Origin: Azolla caroliniana
Lineage: Eukaryota; Plantae; Polypodiophyta
Reading direction: 5' to 3'
Assembly (NCBI GenBank): GCA_043228905.1
Contig: JBHGNT010000009.1
Span: 6,324,001-6,388,000 of the forward strand
Length of the DNA stretch: 64,000 nt
Each line of letters opens with the position of its first letter. Position 1 is the first letter of the stretch. A model generated the notes under the pieces. The model was not told where the DNA came from, ran no database searches, and saw only the letters and a list, made by a program, of their open reading frames with translations. The translations under genes and the position numbers were made by a program. Below are positions 13,729 through 28,642 of the stretch, piece by piece.

Positions 13729-14779
13729 ACTTATAACTTATGTGACACAACCTGTGATGGTGACGGTGATGCTATATAATCGAGAGAAAAATGGTCCAGC
13801 TTAATTAATCTTGTAACTTGAAACCCTAACATGTAGAAGATCTTCAATACAGTGGAAATCTCCAATGCCAAGATCTTTATGTACTTAGAGGCTCAAGTCG
13901 TAGCTTCCAAGCAGGGGAAAGCACCCAGTATGTTCTATCTCCAATGCAAAGACCTTAATATATATAAAGGCTGAAATAGTGAGAAACTGATCTAATCCAA
14001 CATAATTAAACATAATCAATATCATTTATTAGCCCAAGGTAGATCGTGCATAGTAGAGACATCAAACTCCACAATTGCCACATGTATAGGGGGTTTCATA
14101 TCTCAAGGATACGAGAGAAGGAGAAGCAAACTATGAGGAGCCCCCTTTTATATATTAAAGTCATGTGTCCTTTCCCGCTCAAATATCTACCAATCAAGCC
14201 TATTCCCCATCAAATTTGGCTCCTAATCACATTACAGGAATGTCTATAGCTGCTAATTTTTTTGTGCCCAAATCTGGTCTATAGCTAGCTTTCTTTTGCC
14301 TCCTAATCTCGTCCTTACAGTGATGTTCATAGCTGCCCAATATATCTTCCTAACCTCAGTTGGTTCCTAATGTGTCATTAATATGATGTCCATAGCTGCC
14401 CAAATACATGCCCATCAGCCCTATTCCTAGCCTTTTTGACTCCTAATCATGTCAAAACACGATGCTCACCAATAGGGCCAACTTCTTGCCTTATTTTCTC
14501 TATTACTAGTCTCACTTATCTCCAAATCCCATCATTAACAAGATATCCATGGTTACCTAAGTATCAGCCCAAAATATGTGATAGTTTAGCATCTATAGCT
14601 ACCCAAATATGCATGCCAAAACTGCTGATTGGAACTATTCAAGACTCATTTGGCTCCTAATGAGCATAATATCCACAACTCTGTCAATCAGACCTATTCC
14701 TAACCTCAATTGGCTTTTCATAAAGCCATTAGCACGATAGCAACAGCTGTCCAGATGCATTGAAACATATATCACTAGC

Positions 14780-14985
14780 TACATTTGGCTCCTAATCACA
14801 TCATTAACATGATGTACATAGTTTCCTAGGCCCATTTGGCTCCTAACCACATCATTAACATGATTTACATAGTTTCCTAGGCTCGTTTTGCTCCTAATCA
14901 CATCATTAACATGATGTACATAGTTTTCTAGACTCATTTGGCTCCTAATCACATCATTAACATGATGTCCATAGCTGCCCAAATA
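14780..14985. repeat. 51-bp minisatellite, 4 copies, with degenerate copies from ~14215 to 15030
   Basis: Unit CATTTGGCTCCTAATCACATCATTAACATGATGTACATAG... recurs at about 14782, 14833, 14884 and 14935. Confidence 0.9.
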
Positions 14986-16301
14986 CCAATTCCTACACTC
15001 AGTTGGTTCCTAACCATATCATTAGTATGATTTCCATATCAACCCAAAGTTTTAACCGAATATCTGCTCATTGGGCTGATTGTGACAAGGAAGAAAGTAG
15101 GAACTATTTACCATCAGATGGCAAATTGTTCAAAGGATCTTAAAAGCTTTTGGCTATTTGTATGATGGCCAAGGATTTTAAAATATTTGCCAAATTCATT
15201 TATGATCAATCGAAGAATTACAAATAATATTTGCCAGGAAAAAGTTCAATATTGAGAGGCTTTTGAAATATGACCCCAAATTTATATGGTTTTACAAGGC
15301 TTCATATGTAGAAATTCGCCCTAAAACAGTTACATTTAGTAAAGTTCAAGGGATTCCTTATTTCCTACCATGACGTATTTCTATAATTTGATTTGAACAA
15401 GAGAAAAGAGCATGCAAGGAAATGCTTAATGTGATAATAAATAAATAAACAAGCATAGATCTTCATCTTAAAGAGGAAGAGAAAATGTTTAGATCTTAAA
15501 AAGGTGGATAATTTTAAGGATGAAGAAAAAAACAATAGCAAAAACCTGAGAGATTCGGAAAGGTAAAGATAATGGTATAATTGATGTTGATGTTGATGCT
15601 GATGATGAGGAAGAAGCACCATAACCAGTCACAATCCAGAAAAAGCTCTATGAAATTTGTGAAGGAACAGAGCAAATGGTCATACACGGGGGAGAGAATC
15701 TCAGACACAGAAACTTACTCAAAGATTTACTTTAGTCCAAGTATCTCCTTGATTGAAATGAATACATGTAAAAACAAAAAGCAAACTCTTCTATTTGATT
15801 ATTGTCATTTTACATTCATTTGTTTTGCTTTTCTTGCTTTCCTGGAGACCAAGAGTGTGATTTAGCCCACAAGAGTGTATGGCATATCGGGCACCCACGA
15901 AACCAATACAATATATTGTTGCAGAACCATTTCACACCAATAAATGCCGGCAATTCGCGGATCAATCTTCGGCCACGCGGACAAAATGTGTTCTGTTCTG
16001 AACACGATGAAGAGGAGAGAAAGAAAAAGCATGCCGCTCGCATGTAAGAAGACGAGGGCGAACTCCGAAATGATTTGTTTTATTATCATATCCTCGAATA
16101 TGGAACATGACCCATGGAACCAAAAAATGGAAATTTTCACATGGTATTTTGGGTTGAATAATGGCTCTCCATGTTCCACTAAGTTTACCAATGCACATTG
16201 TGACTCGGATTATACATTTTGACCATGGCACAAGTATGCCCGGGGATAGGACTAGAATGACAATCTGTGAAAAGCAAACTTGAAACTGGAGCATTGTAAA
16301 A

Positions 16302-16510
16302 GAGTGTGAGACAACAACTCGCGAAGATGTTTGTGCAAATACATGCATGGTCATTCTCCTTGCCAATGTCCTATAATGAATGACCCTTCTTAGATTGGAG
16401 CGAGTGTGAGACAACAACTAGCGAAGATGTCTGTGCAAATACATGCATGGTCATTCTCCTTGCCTATGTCCTATAACGAATGACCCTTCTCAGATTGGAG
16501 AGTGTGTGAG
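16302..16510. repeat. ~100-bp tandem duplication
   Basis: GAGTGTGAGACAACAACT...AGATTGGAG at 16302 and 16402. Confidence 0.9.
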
Positions 16511-18021
16511 CTAAGTCAACTCGATGCAATGGTGTAGACGATGATGCAAATTTCCTGTTTGCATAAAAATATTGTTGTGTTGTTTGATGCAATATATGCA
16601 ATAGAATATGTGAAACTTGAACCTCTAGATCTCTCCCAAGTAGTGAGCATCATAGTTGTTAAAAACACATATTCTATGTTTAGAATATGTTTTAAAATAC
16701 TTTAAAGTGTTATACATGTATTTTATGTTTTAAAATTGCCATTTTTATATTATTTCACGTGTATTTAACATTTCCAAAAAGCTAAAAATAATAATAATTT
16801 TAAAAATATTTTAAAATTTACACGTATTTTATTTGTAGAATACGTAGTCTAAGTATTTGTTTAAAAGGTAGAACATTGTTAGAATACTTAGCATACATAT
16901 TATATTTGGTACATCTTTTGAACTTTGAAGTATTTGCTAAAATATGTCATCTACATATAACAAAAGCATGATAATTGTGTTGTCATGAGAATCCGTTGAG
17001 CAAGACCATCAAGAACCTCATCGAAGGCCCAAACCAAAGGAAGATGGAAAGTGGGGTAGCTCGAAAATGCTCACATCCGATGTCAAGTTGCGCATGGCAA
17101 ATGGGTCAATACAACGACCCGAAGGTGTTACGTGCATAACAATAACCTGATCATGAGATAAGTTTTTCGTAGTTTTTCCTAATTTTATGATAAGTACGTG
17201 TGGATTGTAACTGATCATGAGATAGTTGTTACGTGCATAACCATAACTTGATCATGAGATAGGAATGAGAGTATGAATTTTATTTTATATTCAATTCTAC
17301 GGTGTGGGATAACTATTAAGTGTGTTATCACTTGACCACTTCACATAAAGAAGTCAAGTGTAAACACATTAAGGCCTAGGGTTTCTGCCTATGTAAGGAG
17401 TGTTGACATATCAAGCTCAACTAAGCTTAGACATTTAGTTAACCACGTAACTTAGTAGTTACCTAGATAGAATCTAGTTATTAACTACTCACATAATCAG
17501 ACACTAATTAACCCTTAGTTAATTACCTAGTTATTAACATGGTATCAGAGCGTGTGCTTTAGCACATCCACTAAGCCCATCCGCCTCTACGAGATTGTGT
17601 GTTCGAGACGCCGACAACAAATCCGGCTATCCGCTACCATAGTGCCGCTACGTAGCACGTGTGCGTGATCAAAGAAAGAAAAGCCAAAAAGGAAGACACT
17701 ACATCAACATAAACACACAAATGGGTAGCTTGCTCCATAGTGAAAAGCTAAACCAGAGCAATTTCTCATATTGGGAGTACAAGATGAACCAATACCTAGT
17801 CGGCCAAGGGTATTGGAGCTACATCAACGATGCGCTTGAAAACAAACCTAACATCACAAACGCCAACTACCCAACATGGGAGCAATGAGAAAGTCAGGTA
17901 ATGTATTGTTTAGCAACATGTGTCAACAATCACATGCTTAGCCACATTCGAGACACCAAGACGCCTAAAGAGGCGTGGGAGAACTTGAAGACAATGATTC
18001 AACTTGTTTAAGGACGACAAT

Positions 18022-21000
18022 TGTAATAACCAATATCATTAATCCTAAAATAAAGACATAAGTGACACAATCATACTGAAAATACGCGTTAGCACCCATC
18101 CACTCCCGTGCCAAAGTTGACAACACAGACGAGGAATCCCGATCTGTCCCATACTAGCCAGGATCTCCATGTCAGGACCTTGGTAGATGACTACTAGTCC
18201 ACATCAAAGAGAGTTTCGTCAGAACCACTCATGGGGCTCTCCTTGACTAAGGAGAGTATCCCCTATTTATAGGACCTAAGCCATGTAATGACATCTACCT
18301 GACCAATCATGTGTGGGGTACCCAATGACACACATTAGGTCCGTCCAATAAAGCTAACGACTCAGGTATTACAGTATGATAGCCCCCAAATAAGCACATC
18401 TAAACCAATGAACATTACATATTGCCCCCCTCTGTTTAATTGCACTCTTGCAATGGGAAGTTAGGAAAATGTTTGCGTAATGTCTCTTTAGTCTCCAACG
18501 TGCTGTCTTCTTCCAATCTATCCTTCCACTTAACCTTATTGCGATGAACAACCTTTGACCTTAGGTTTCTCGACCTATGGTCGAGGATATTCTCAGGTTC
18601 ATGTGGAGCAAAATGATCATCCTCCAATGTCGATAAATTAGATGATGATACAACATTATCATCATAACCAATCGCCTCCTTTAATTGACTCACGTGGAAT
18701 ATGGGATGAACCATAACATTGGAAGGCAAATCCAAACGTCGATAAGCATCGGGACCAATACGTTTTAAAACTTTATATGGTCCACCGTACCGTGGGGCTA
18801 ATTTTGCACACAGTCCTGTTCCCAATGTTTCCGAGTCGTTAAGAACCCGTAGAAAAACCTGTTGTCCTACGTGGAATTCCCTTGGTTTTCTATCATGATT
18901 AGCATAAAAGACATTTCTGTCCCGTGTCATCCTAAGGTTTTCTTCTGCTAGCTTATGTGCTTCAATCATATCAAAGAGAAAATCCTTTGCACTATCCAAA
19001 GCATGCGAATCAAACGAAACATCAATAGGAGGACGTGGTGTATAACCCTACATCAACATGAACGGACTGTATTTTGTTGATGTATGCTTAGAGCTTTTGT
19101 AGGCAAATTCCACAATAGGAAGGTAAGTCTCCCATAATGAGGGTTTTTGCGCTACATATGCTCTCAACATATCCTCTATTATCTTATTCACTCTCTCAGT
19201 CTGCCCATCTGACTAAGGATGATCAGAAGAACTGAGACTCAAGGTTGTTTGCAGTTTATACATAACTTCTGACCAAAATGTACTTGTAAACTTGGAGTCT
19301 CGATCACTTACAATCTCCATCGGTAGACCATATAACCTATAAAGATGTTTATTGTGGTAATTGTGGATTTTGTTGGAACGAATCTTGCCATCTTGGTAAG
19401 TCGATCAACAACCACCCAAATGGCATTATTTCCCTCAGTGGAACGAGGTAATCCAACTATGAAATCCATGGATATACTTTGCCACTTTTCAGCTAGAATA
19501 TCGAGAGGTTGCAATAAGCCAACTTTTTTCTATCGCTCGACCATAATGACCTGACATTGTGGACAACGTATAACATAGGACTCTACCTTAGGTTTCATTT
19601 TTGGCAAAAAAAACCTAACTTTAATTAAAGCTAATGTTCTTTGCACACTTGGATGTCCAACAGAAGGGGCATCATGACATTCATATTGAATTTTATTCTC
19701 GATGTCCTTTATGTGTGGTATGCAAAATCGAAGTCTTGCATCAACTCTGCCCATCTTGCCTTTCGACCCTCAAAATTCTTTTGAGAGAGGAAGTATTGCA
19801 AGGATTTGTGGTCCATTAAAATAGTACATTTACTACCATACAAATAATGTTGCCATTTTTTAAAGGCATAAATGATAGCAAATAATTATTTTTCTTGAAT
19901 TGAGTAATTTCTTTGGACCGAATCCAATTTTTTGCTTTCAAAAGCAATTGGTCTCCCAATTTGAAATAATGTAGCCCCAATAGCATAATCACTTGGATCC
20001 ATCTCAACTACAAATGTTTGATTAGGATCAGGTATAACTAAAGTAGGTGCATTCATAATTAATGACTTCAACTTATTGAAGGTTTCTTCAAGAGATGCAT
20101 TTCACTCAATAGGTTTCGTGGACTTTCTTGTAATACCCTTCAATAGGTCCGTAAATGGTGTAGTGTAGGATGAATAGTTTTGAAGAGATCTTCTTAGGAA
20201 TCCAACAAATCCTAAGAAAGATTGTAGATCCTTAACATTTGAAGATTGTGGCCAATTTACTATTGCTTCTATCTTAGATTTATCGATAGAAACACCCGAC
20301 CTAGATATGTGGTGTCCAAGATACATAACTTCCTTTTGAAAGAAATCACATTTAGATAGTTTGGCAAATAGTTTGTATTCACGAAGCTTGTCCAAAACTA
20401 TTCGGACATGACACACATGATCCTCAAATGTGTTACTATATACCATGATGTCATCAAGGAATACCACCACGAAATCGCCTAGCTGATCTCTAAATATATC
20501 ATTCATCAATTGCTGGAATGTGGCTAGAGCATTAGTCAACCCAAATGGTAGAACCCGAAACTGATAATGACCATAACCAGTTCGGAAAGCTGTTTTGGAA
20601 ACATCTTCTTCCGAAACCCTGGTCTGATGATAGTCCTATTGGCATCAAGAATCCCTTCAAGTTTGGAGGAGAACGCAATTGTGACCATTGTCATTGACTT
20701 GACAATATCGTCTTGCATTTTACGGAAATCATCCCTCGTGACGAATTTGATATCGTCATTAATATCCTCATCACAGACTGGAGATATTGGTCGGTCGTCC
20801 TCATCTCGCATTGGAGAAATTGGATGACATTGACGGGTGGGAGATGTGGGATGTGTCACAAAACTTCGATGGTTGGGAGATGTGTGATGTGCGGAATTGC
20901 GAGAGGAGGAAGCCATGAAAAATAAGGAGAGTTGAGAGCATAAAGAAAGAAGTATACTAAAGTCTAAAGTACTAAAGTGTGTTATAAAAGACTTTAGAAT

Positions 21001-22636
21001 TTGGATGAGGAAGTGAAGAGTGATAGATCATGAGAGAGTGGGAATACTTATATGCCCAATTTTCTTAAGTCGTCGAGTAATAAAGATCCCCTTAGATATG
21101 TCCAATTTAGGCATTTATCCCCTTTTCATCGATAGAGATTCCTAGATTAGACATTAGAGGTAATACCTTCCCTTTTAGGAAGTCGGTGACCACCTCTTGA
21201 ATGCCTCCAAACTAGGAAATTCTCCCTTTTTAGTTATGAGAATTCATAGTTTAGAGTTTAGGGATAAACATCCCCTTTTTGGAAGTCGGTGGGGATAGTA
21301 GGTGACTTCATTCAGGATCACTGTGCTAACCAAATAATGGTGATGATCATCCCAATAATGAGGATCTCTTCACTCATCATCCCAATATTCCTCCCATCCA
21401 TCTCATACTCATGATCCCCTCTCAAACACTAATTTTTTTCTTATCGAGCTCTCCTTCGCATCGATTAATAAATGATGATGATCTTATGCTTATAATCATA
21501 TAATCATCGTTATAATCAACTATATAATCATCCATATAATTCAAATGCACCCGTAGTGATGGATGATTATAGCCCTTTGATATAATCAAATGGTGGATGA
21601 TCAATTGATTATTGACATTCAACGATCATCACTCTAATTTTATCAGCCAATCTTGATAACATTGATTATCAATGATCATTATCCATATATATGATGATCA
21701 TCAAGTATTTCATCGAAAATTAGATGATCAAGCATCACCTATAGTATTTTAGGTGGCCGACCTCTTGATATGCGATCTCCACACGTAAGGCCGCCTCATG
21801 GGCATGTCCATCTTGATGAAGAGGTTTTTATTTATGGTGCTTTTATTTTAATAAATATATATTGAATATCTTAACGTATAAACACATATAATAATAATAA
21901 TAACAATAATTTTATAGAACTCTTTTTTTCTTTTACTTAAACCCCTTGCTTTTTGGTCCATCAATGGATTGAACTCAATTGAGCCTTTCTTAGGGATATG
22001 ACATGAATATACTAACCAACCCATCACAAAGATTTTGATGTCAAACCCTCAATATTTTTATTATACATAACGTCATACAATACATCGCACATCAACACAT
22101 CACCGCAAATGGACTCTTTGTGGCATTTTCGACACTCCCCCAATCCATTGTTTAACATACCTTCATCCGTAAAAAAATAATCATATTTTCCTATACTATA
22201 GCACACAACGTGAATCCAATTGAAAACATTATTTTTTAGGATTAAAACCGCTTTGATACCATATGTAATAACCAAGATCATTAATCCTAATGTAAAGACA
22301 TAAGTGACACAATCATACTGCAAATACGTGTTACCACCCATCTGCCCCCCCCCCCCCCCCCCCTGCCGAGTTGACAACCAGGATCTCCATGTCAGGACCT
22401 TGGTAGATGACTAGTCCACATCAAAGAGAGCTTCGTCAGAACCACTCATGGGGCTCCCCTTGACTAAGGAGAATATGCCCTATTTATAGGACCTAGGCCA
22501 TGTAATGACATCTACCTGAACAATCATGTGTGGGGTACCCAATGACACACATTAGGTTAGTCCAATAAAGCCAACGATTCAGATAATACAATATGATAGC
22601 ACCCAAATAAGCACGTCTAAACCAATGAACATTACA
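18022..22636 (-). mobile_element. Ty3/Gypsy chromovirus, internally deleted, iMet-primed
   Basis: LTRs 18022-18419 and 22264-22636; TSD ACAAT; PBS TGGTATCAAAGCGG; PPT GAGGGGGGCAATA. RT (FLDD), RNase H, INT and chromodomain remnant (EPENILDHR..VKWK). The gag N-terminus is fused directly to RT at ~20635. Confidence 0.92.
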
Positions 22637-23053
22637 ACAATCTTAGCAAGGGAAAACCCTAATTTGTTCTTTGAACTTCAATCAATGCTATTAGTTGAAG
22701 AGAACCATTTCCGAACCAAGACCAAGACTTCGGAAGGACCAATGTTCTTCTCGAATTCGGATGGTGGCTGAGGACGAGGTTGAGGCGGTAGAAGAGGTCG
22801 ATTCGGCCCATCTCACAAAGGGAACTCAAACCTTCGACAAGAAGACGGAAGCCATCGAGGAACCTTCGGAAGAAGGGGGAGTTTGAGCGGACAAGCTCAA
22901 CTGGATCTGGATAGGCTGAACAAGATAGAGCCATATTGGTGTCCGGATCAGAGAGACGGATCAGGATGAACCGCTAGGCTGTTAGAGACTTAGAATCTAG
23001 CCTAGTACGTAGGCATACTTTTAGGAGTTAGTGCCAGTCGTTCGTATGAGCAT

Positions 23054-26025
23054 TGTGACAGGAATATGCAGAATATTGCTCGGCCACAACCGAGTCTTAG
23101 GATCAACCACACAGAAAGATGGGAATAGGAAGAAATGCACGTATACACACAAACAATAGAGCAAGAGAGAGTACATAGAATGTTTACGTGGAAAACCCTA
23201 AACGGGAAAAAAACCACGGGAGCCCACAGACTCCAAACTATCACTATGTAAAGATTACAGTAATAAGTCACAGAGGCAACAACCTCGTGCTCTCAATCTT
23301 CGCCAACATGCGGTTACAATAGAGACTGTTCAAGGTCTCTCTCTCTCTCTCTCTCTGCTATGCTCTGTACAAATGTTACACCAACAACTCTATACAATGA
23401 TAATGACAACACAATCATACACACACACTCTGTTTGCCCTAGGTCATATTTATACTAATATGACTTTCGGGCTATTTACAAATATAGGCACAATAGGCTA
23501 ACAGAAACATATTTACATATATGTCCCTTCATCCGGTGAGAACCTCTCGCCGGACCTGCGCCATCCGGTTCTCACCGGGCCTTCATCATCCCATCCGGAG
23601 GGACCGAGATGCTAACAAACTCCCCCTTCACTCCGACATGGGATGTTTGGTTAGTCCAATTCGCTTCCGGCATGCGTCCAGCTTGTCGGGCGTCAACACC
23701 TTGGTCAGCATATCTGGCCCATTCTCCTCCATGTGGATTTTCGTCAGCACGAACTCCCGATCTTCTACTCGCTCCTGGATCCAGTGGTACCTGCGCTGGA
23801 TGTGCTTTGTCCTGGAATGATAGGCAACGTTCTTTGCAAGGTGGATGCCACTTTGATTGTCGCAATAGAGTCGATATTCCTCTTGCCGGATCCCTAGCTC
23901 TTCAATGAAGTCCTTCATCCATAGTATTTCCTTGCCGGCTTCCATAGCTGCCATGTACTCCGCTTCCATGGTTGACAAAGCAACCATCTTCTACAGCCTC
24001 GACTGCTACGAAACAGCTCCCCCCCCGTATGTCATGGCAGCATATTCGGATGTGGACCGGTTGGTATCCGCATTAGCCGACATATCTGAATCGGTGAAAC
24101 CGTTGAGTTGGGGTTTACAGGAGCCGAATCGGAGGCACATGCTCGAGGTGCCTTTCAAGTACCGGAGTATCCATTTTACCGTGTTCCAGTGTTCCTTGCT
24201 GGGATTGCTCATAAACCGGCTTACCACTCCGACTACGTATCCGATATCCGGTCGGGTACACACCATTGCGTACATTAAGCTCCCGACGGCAGAGGCATAT
24301 GGGATCTTCATCATATCCGCCTTCTCTGCCTTCATCTTCGGGCTTTGCTTACCGGATAACCTGCAGTTTGTCGGGAGTGTCGATCTGATCGGTTTCACAT
24401 CTGACATGTTGAACCGCTGAAGCACCTTTGTCACGTACTTCTCCTGTGACAACCACAATTGCTTCTTTGATCGGTCCCGAATGATATGCATCCCCAATAT
24501 CTGTCTTGCCGGACCCAAGTCTTTCATTGAGAAGGTCCGGTTCAGATGCTTCTTCAGCGTCCGTATCTTGACTTGGTCTCGTCCGATGATCAACATGTCG
24601 TCCATGTACAGGAGGAGTATCAGGAAGTTTCCACCTTCAAACTTCTTCACAAACACGTAGTGATCGACATGCATCTTGTGGTATCCTTGATCTGTCATGA
24701 AGGAGTCGAACTTCCGGTACCATTGCCGGGGAGCCTGCTTTAGTTTGTATACGCTCTTCTTCAACCGGAAAACCAGGTGCTCCTTCCCTTTCTTCACAAA
24801 TCCTTCTGGTTGCTGCATGTAGATCTCCTCTTCAAGGTCACTGTGAAGGAACGATGTCTTCACGTCTAACTGCTCTACCTCAAGGTCCATGCTTGCCGCT
24901 ATGCTCAATACTGTCCGGATGGAAGTCATCTTTACTACCGGGGCAAATATCTCGTCGAAGTCTACGCCCTTCTTCTACTGGAACCCCTTCACCACGATCC
25001 TGGCTTTGTATCTCGGGGGGTTGCGCGCATCTGCCGATTTCAGCTTGTACACCCATTTGTTTCGGAGTGCCCTCTTTCCTTTTGGCAACTCCACCAATTC
25101 ATACGTGTGGTTCTCATGCAGGGAATCCATCTAATCTTGCATGGCACTCAACCACTTGCGGCTATGGGTGTCATCCTTCACTTCTTTGAAGCTTTCTGGC
25201 TCCCCCTCATCGGTCAGCAACACATGCTCTGCATCCGGAAATCTCTGGGATGCTCTTCTTTCCCGGAGAGGATATCTCCGTCCTCGGTTTTCCGTAACCG
25301 GCTCCTGTGTCTGTTCTTCATCCGAATCCGATTCGGGGTCTTGTCCAGTTCCGGTTTCAACTTCTTCTCCTTCTTCTGCCGGTTCGGTATTCTCATTGTA
25401 ACCGGCCGGTTCTTCGAGTGTCAACCGGCTCTTAGCTGGGTAGGTCCGAATCTCATCGAACCGATCCTTACCGGTCGACTCGGAGTTCATTATCTTCTTC
25501 TCCGACTCCCAGTCGGCAAGGGTCTTGTCCTCCATGAAGATAATATCTCAACTCCGGAACACCTTCTTGTCGACGGGGTCCCACACTCGGTAACCGAACT
25601 CATCATCACCGTATCCGAGGAATATACAAGGCCGAGACTTTGGATCCAACTTTGCTCTCCGATCCTTTGCCACATGCACGTAAGCGAGACACCCGAACAC
25701 CTTCAGATGTCGGTAAGACACTTCCTTACCGGTCCACACTCTTTGTGGCGTGTCTCCGTCCAAGGGTACTGAGGGTGATATGTTTATCACGTACGTCGCT
25801 GTTGTCAGCGCCTCAACCCAAAACGTCTTGGGTAACTTGGCATGTGCTAGCATACTCCGGACCCTCTTCATTATGGTCCGGTTCATCCTCTTGGCCAACC
25901 CGTTTAGTTCCGGCGTCTTTGGCATGGTAAATTCGAGCCGGATTCCCTTCGAGCGGCAGTACTCCTCAAACTGCCCCTTGTATTCGCCTCCGTTATCTGC
26001 TCAAACCGCCTTAAGCTTCCGGCCC
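23054..26025 (-). mobile_element. Ty1/Copia element D, 3' half (INT-RT-RH plus 3' LTR 23054-23617)
   Basis: ORFs 25548-25925, 24006-24929 (LYMDD) and 23628-23987; PPT AAGGGGGAG. The 5' half is lost at a deletion junction with element B gag. Confidence 0.9.
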
Positions 26026-28642
26026 TCCAACAACCGGACATGTCGGTCACCACCTACACCACCAAGATCAAGGAGATCTGCGACGCGCTCGGTTCCATTA
26101 ACGTGATGGTGGACGAGGACGAGATGGTCCAGATCTGCCTCGGTGGTCTAACACATCGGTATGGGCCAATCCGGACAGCGGTTTGCATCCAGGAGAAACC
26201 ATCGTCCTTCTTCGACCTGCAATCGATGCTCATGGTCAAGGACACCTAAATTGGACAACCGGATGCTGTACACGGAGGTGGATCGACCCCGTGGGCGTGG
26301 AGGATGAGGTGGGTTGGCTCGCAATGCAGGCGATTAATAAGAGTAGAACTGGAGGCACAGAGATAGTGCCGACAGCAATTCCGGACCCTCCACTAGTAGG
26401 GGGAGTCAAAGCGACGCCGGAAACCGGCAATCAAAAGCTGACACAAAATGCTGGTATTATGACAAGAAGGGCCACTAAGAGAACAAGTGCTGGAAGAAGC
26501 GCGCCGATTCGGATATATCCGGATCTGGCAAGGTCGGAAAAGGGATCCGACAAAGCTCGCACTACGCTGAAGGATCGGAAGGTTTCAGAACCGGTAAGAC
26601 CAGAAAAGGGCTAGACTTTGTGATGAAGCACAAGGCGAACTAAATGAAGAAGACCACTTCTGGATCGGAGGAAGTATGGTACGTTGACTTCGGAGCATCA
26701 AACCACATGATGAGCCACGAAGAATGGTTCTCGTTTCTGGAAAAGCCAGACCAACCGGGAGTTGTCGAAACCGGAGGCGACACTCCTCACCTGATTGTGC
26801 ATGTCGGAGAAGTCCCTTTAAACCATGTCGGACAAAAGGGAAAGCTGATGAACGTACTACATGTTTCGACAATCACAAAGAACTTGGTGTCGGTTGGGCA
26901 GATCATCGACTAGGGGATGCAGGTGCGGTTTACGCACCTCAAGTGCTTCATTGAGGAAGAGGGCTAGATTATTGTGCAAGGGCACCAGGACGGGAGGATG
27001 TTCATCCTCAACACCAACGACGTAGGCACCACTTTGTTCACAAATGGTCAGAAGATCGAGTCAGATATCGATTTGTGGCACAAACGGATCAGCCACGTCA
27101 ACTATTAGAGGCTTCAAGACCTGCAATCAAAACAAGTTGTTTTCGGATTGTCAAAATTTAGTGGCCGAAAGGCCCAAATTTGTGAAGCCTGCCAGTTTGG
27201 GAAGCAACACCGGCTTCCGTTCCCCACCGAAAGAAACTGGAGCCATAACAAGCTCGATCTAATACATTTAGATGTATGGGGACCGACATAGAATGTTAGT
27301 TTTGGCGGGAGCCGACATTTCATCTCCTTCATCGACGACTACAACCGACACACATGGATCTACCTAATCGAAAGGAAAAGCGAAGTTTTCAACTGCTTCC
27401 GGAACATGCAAAGTCTTGTGGAATGGGAAATGGATAGGAAGATCAAGTGCCTGCGGTCAGATGGCGGAAAAACATACTTTTCCGGCCAATTCAACAGTTA
27501 TCTGCAACAAATGGGAATTCGGAGAGAATTCAGTTGTAGATACACATAGGAACAAAACCAGTAGATTGTGGAGATGGCACATGCAATGCTGGAGGAGAAG
27601 AGCATGCCCAAGTTCTACTGGGCCAAAGTGGTCCGGATATCCGTGTACATCCAAAACCGGATCGGGGATAAGGTGTCAGCACATGAGTTATATTTCGGGT
27701 CGGAGCGGAATTTAAGGCACCTTAAGATATTCGGTAGCATTGCATACGTGCATGTGCCGGATGAGAAGCAGAGAAAGCTGGACCCGAAGTCGGAGAAGTG
27801 TAACCTTGTCGGCTACTCACATTAGCAAAAGGGTTATTAGTGTTATAATCCCCGAACAAAACAAGTTCGAGTGAGCAGAGATGTCGAATTTGATGAGTCG
27901 GCATCATGGTACTCTCTACCGGCTCCGAATTCCAACTCCGACGTGATTCCAGAGGATGAGGCTAGTGAGCCCGAAACGATCCGGGCAGAAGATAAAGACG
28001 GATTCGGAATGACCAGTCCGATGACGAGCCAACGAGTAGTGGAAACTCGACCGTGCTCTCCCCATGCAATGAACTGAGGAGATGGTTCATGCACAATGAG
28101 AAGGGGAAGAAGAAGATGCCGGAGTATGACACCGGTAGAGACGAGCCGGATCGAACGAATCTGATTCCGAACAGATCGAAGATAGACCTTCGGAAGAGAA
28201 GTTCGAGTCAGCCAAGAAGGCCAAGAAATCAGCAGAGCAAAAACTGCACCGATCAACCCGCTAGAAGAACAACGAGTACATGGTGCATCACTATGCGTAC
28301 ATGACGAAGGTGGCGAAAGTGCGTGAGTTGGAGAGCTACACAGAAGTGGAAAAAGTCGCATAATGACATGTTGCTATGGAGGAAGAGATGCGGGCACTTG
28401 ATGCTAACGACACATGGGACCTGGTTGACTCTCCTTGACATTGCAAACCGATCGGTTGCAAGTGGGTCTACAAGGTCAACCGATACAAGGCTCGGTTAGT
28501 GGCCAAAGGATACGTGTAGACCCACAGAATTGAATTGGACGAGACCTTCGCTCCGGTAGCGAAGATGACGATGGTTCATGTGCTGCTAGTGGTTGTTGCG
28601 GCAAGTGGGTAGCATCCTCACCAAATGGATGTGAAGAATTTG

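Noticed and set aside
14779-14982. ORF with 17-aa repeats, or a CRISPR-like array
   Set aside because: It is the translation of a 51-bp tandem repeat; there are no unique spacers or cas genes and the context is eukaryotic.
15365-16417. Cluster of short ORFs upstream of the kinase
   Set aside because: Low-complexity or overlapping ORFs on both strands with no domain signal; more likely promoter or 5' UTR sequence.
16977-17400. Complete solo LTR together with 35950-36210
   Set aside because: It is LTR-like (ends CTAACA at 36210), but no convincing left terminus or TSD was found, so it is not listed as a feature.
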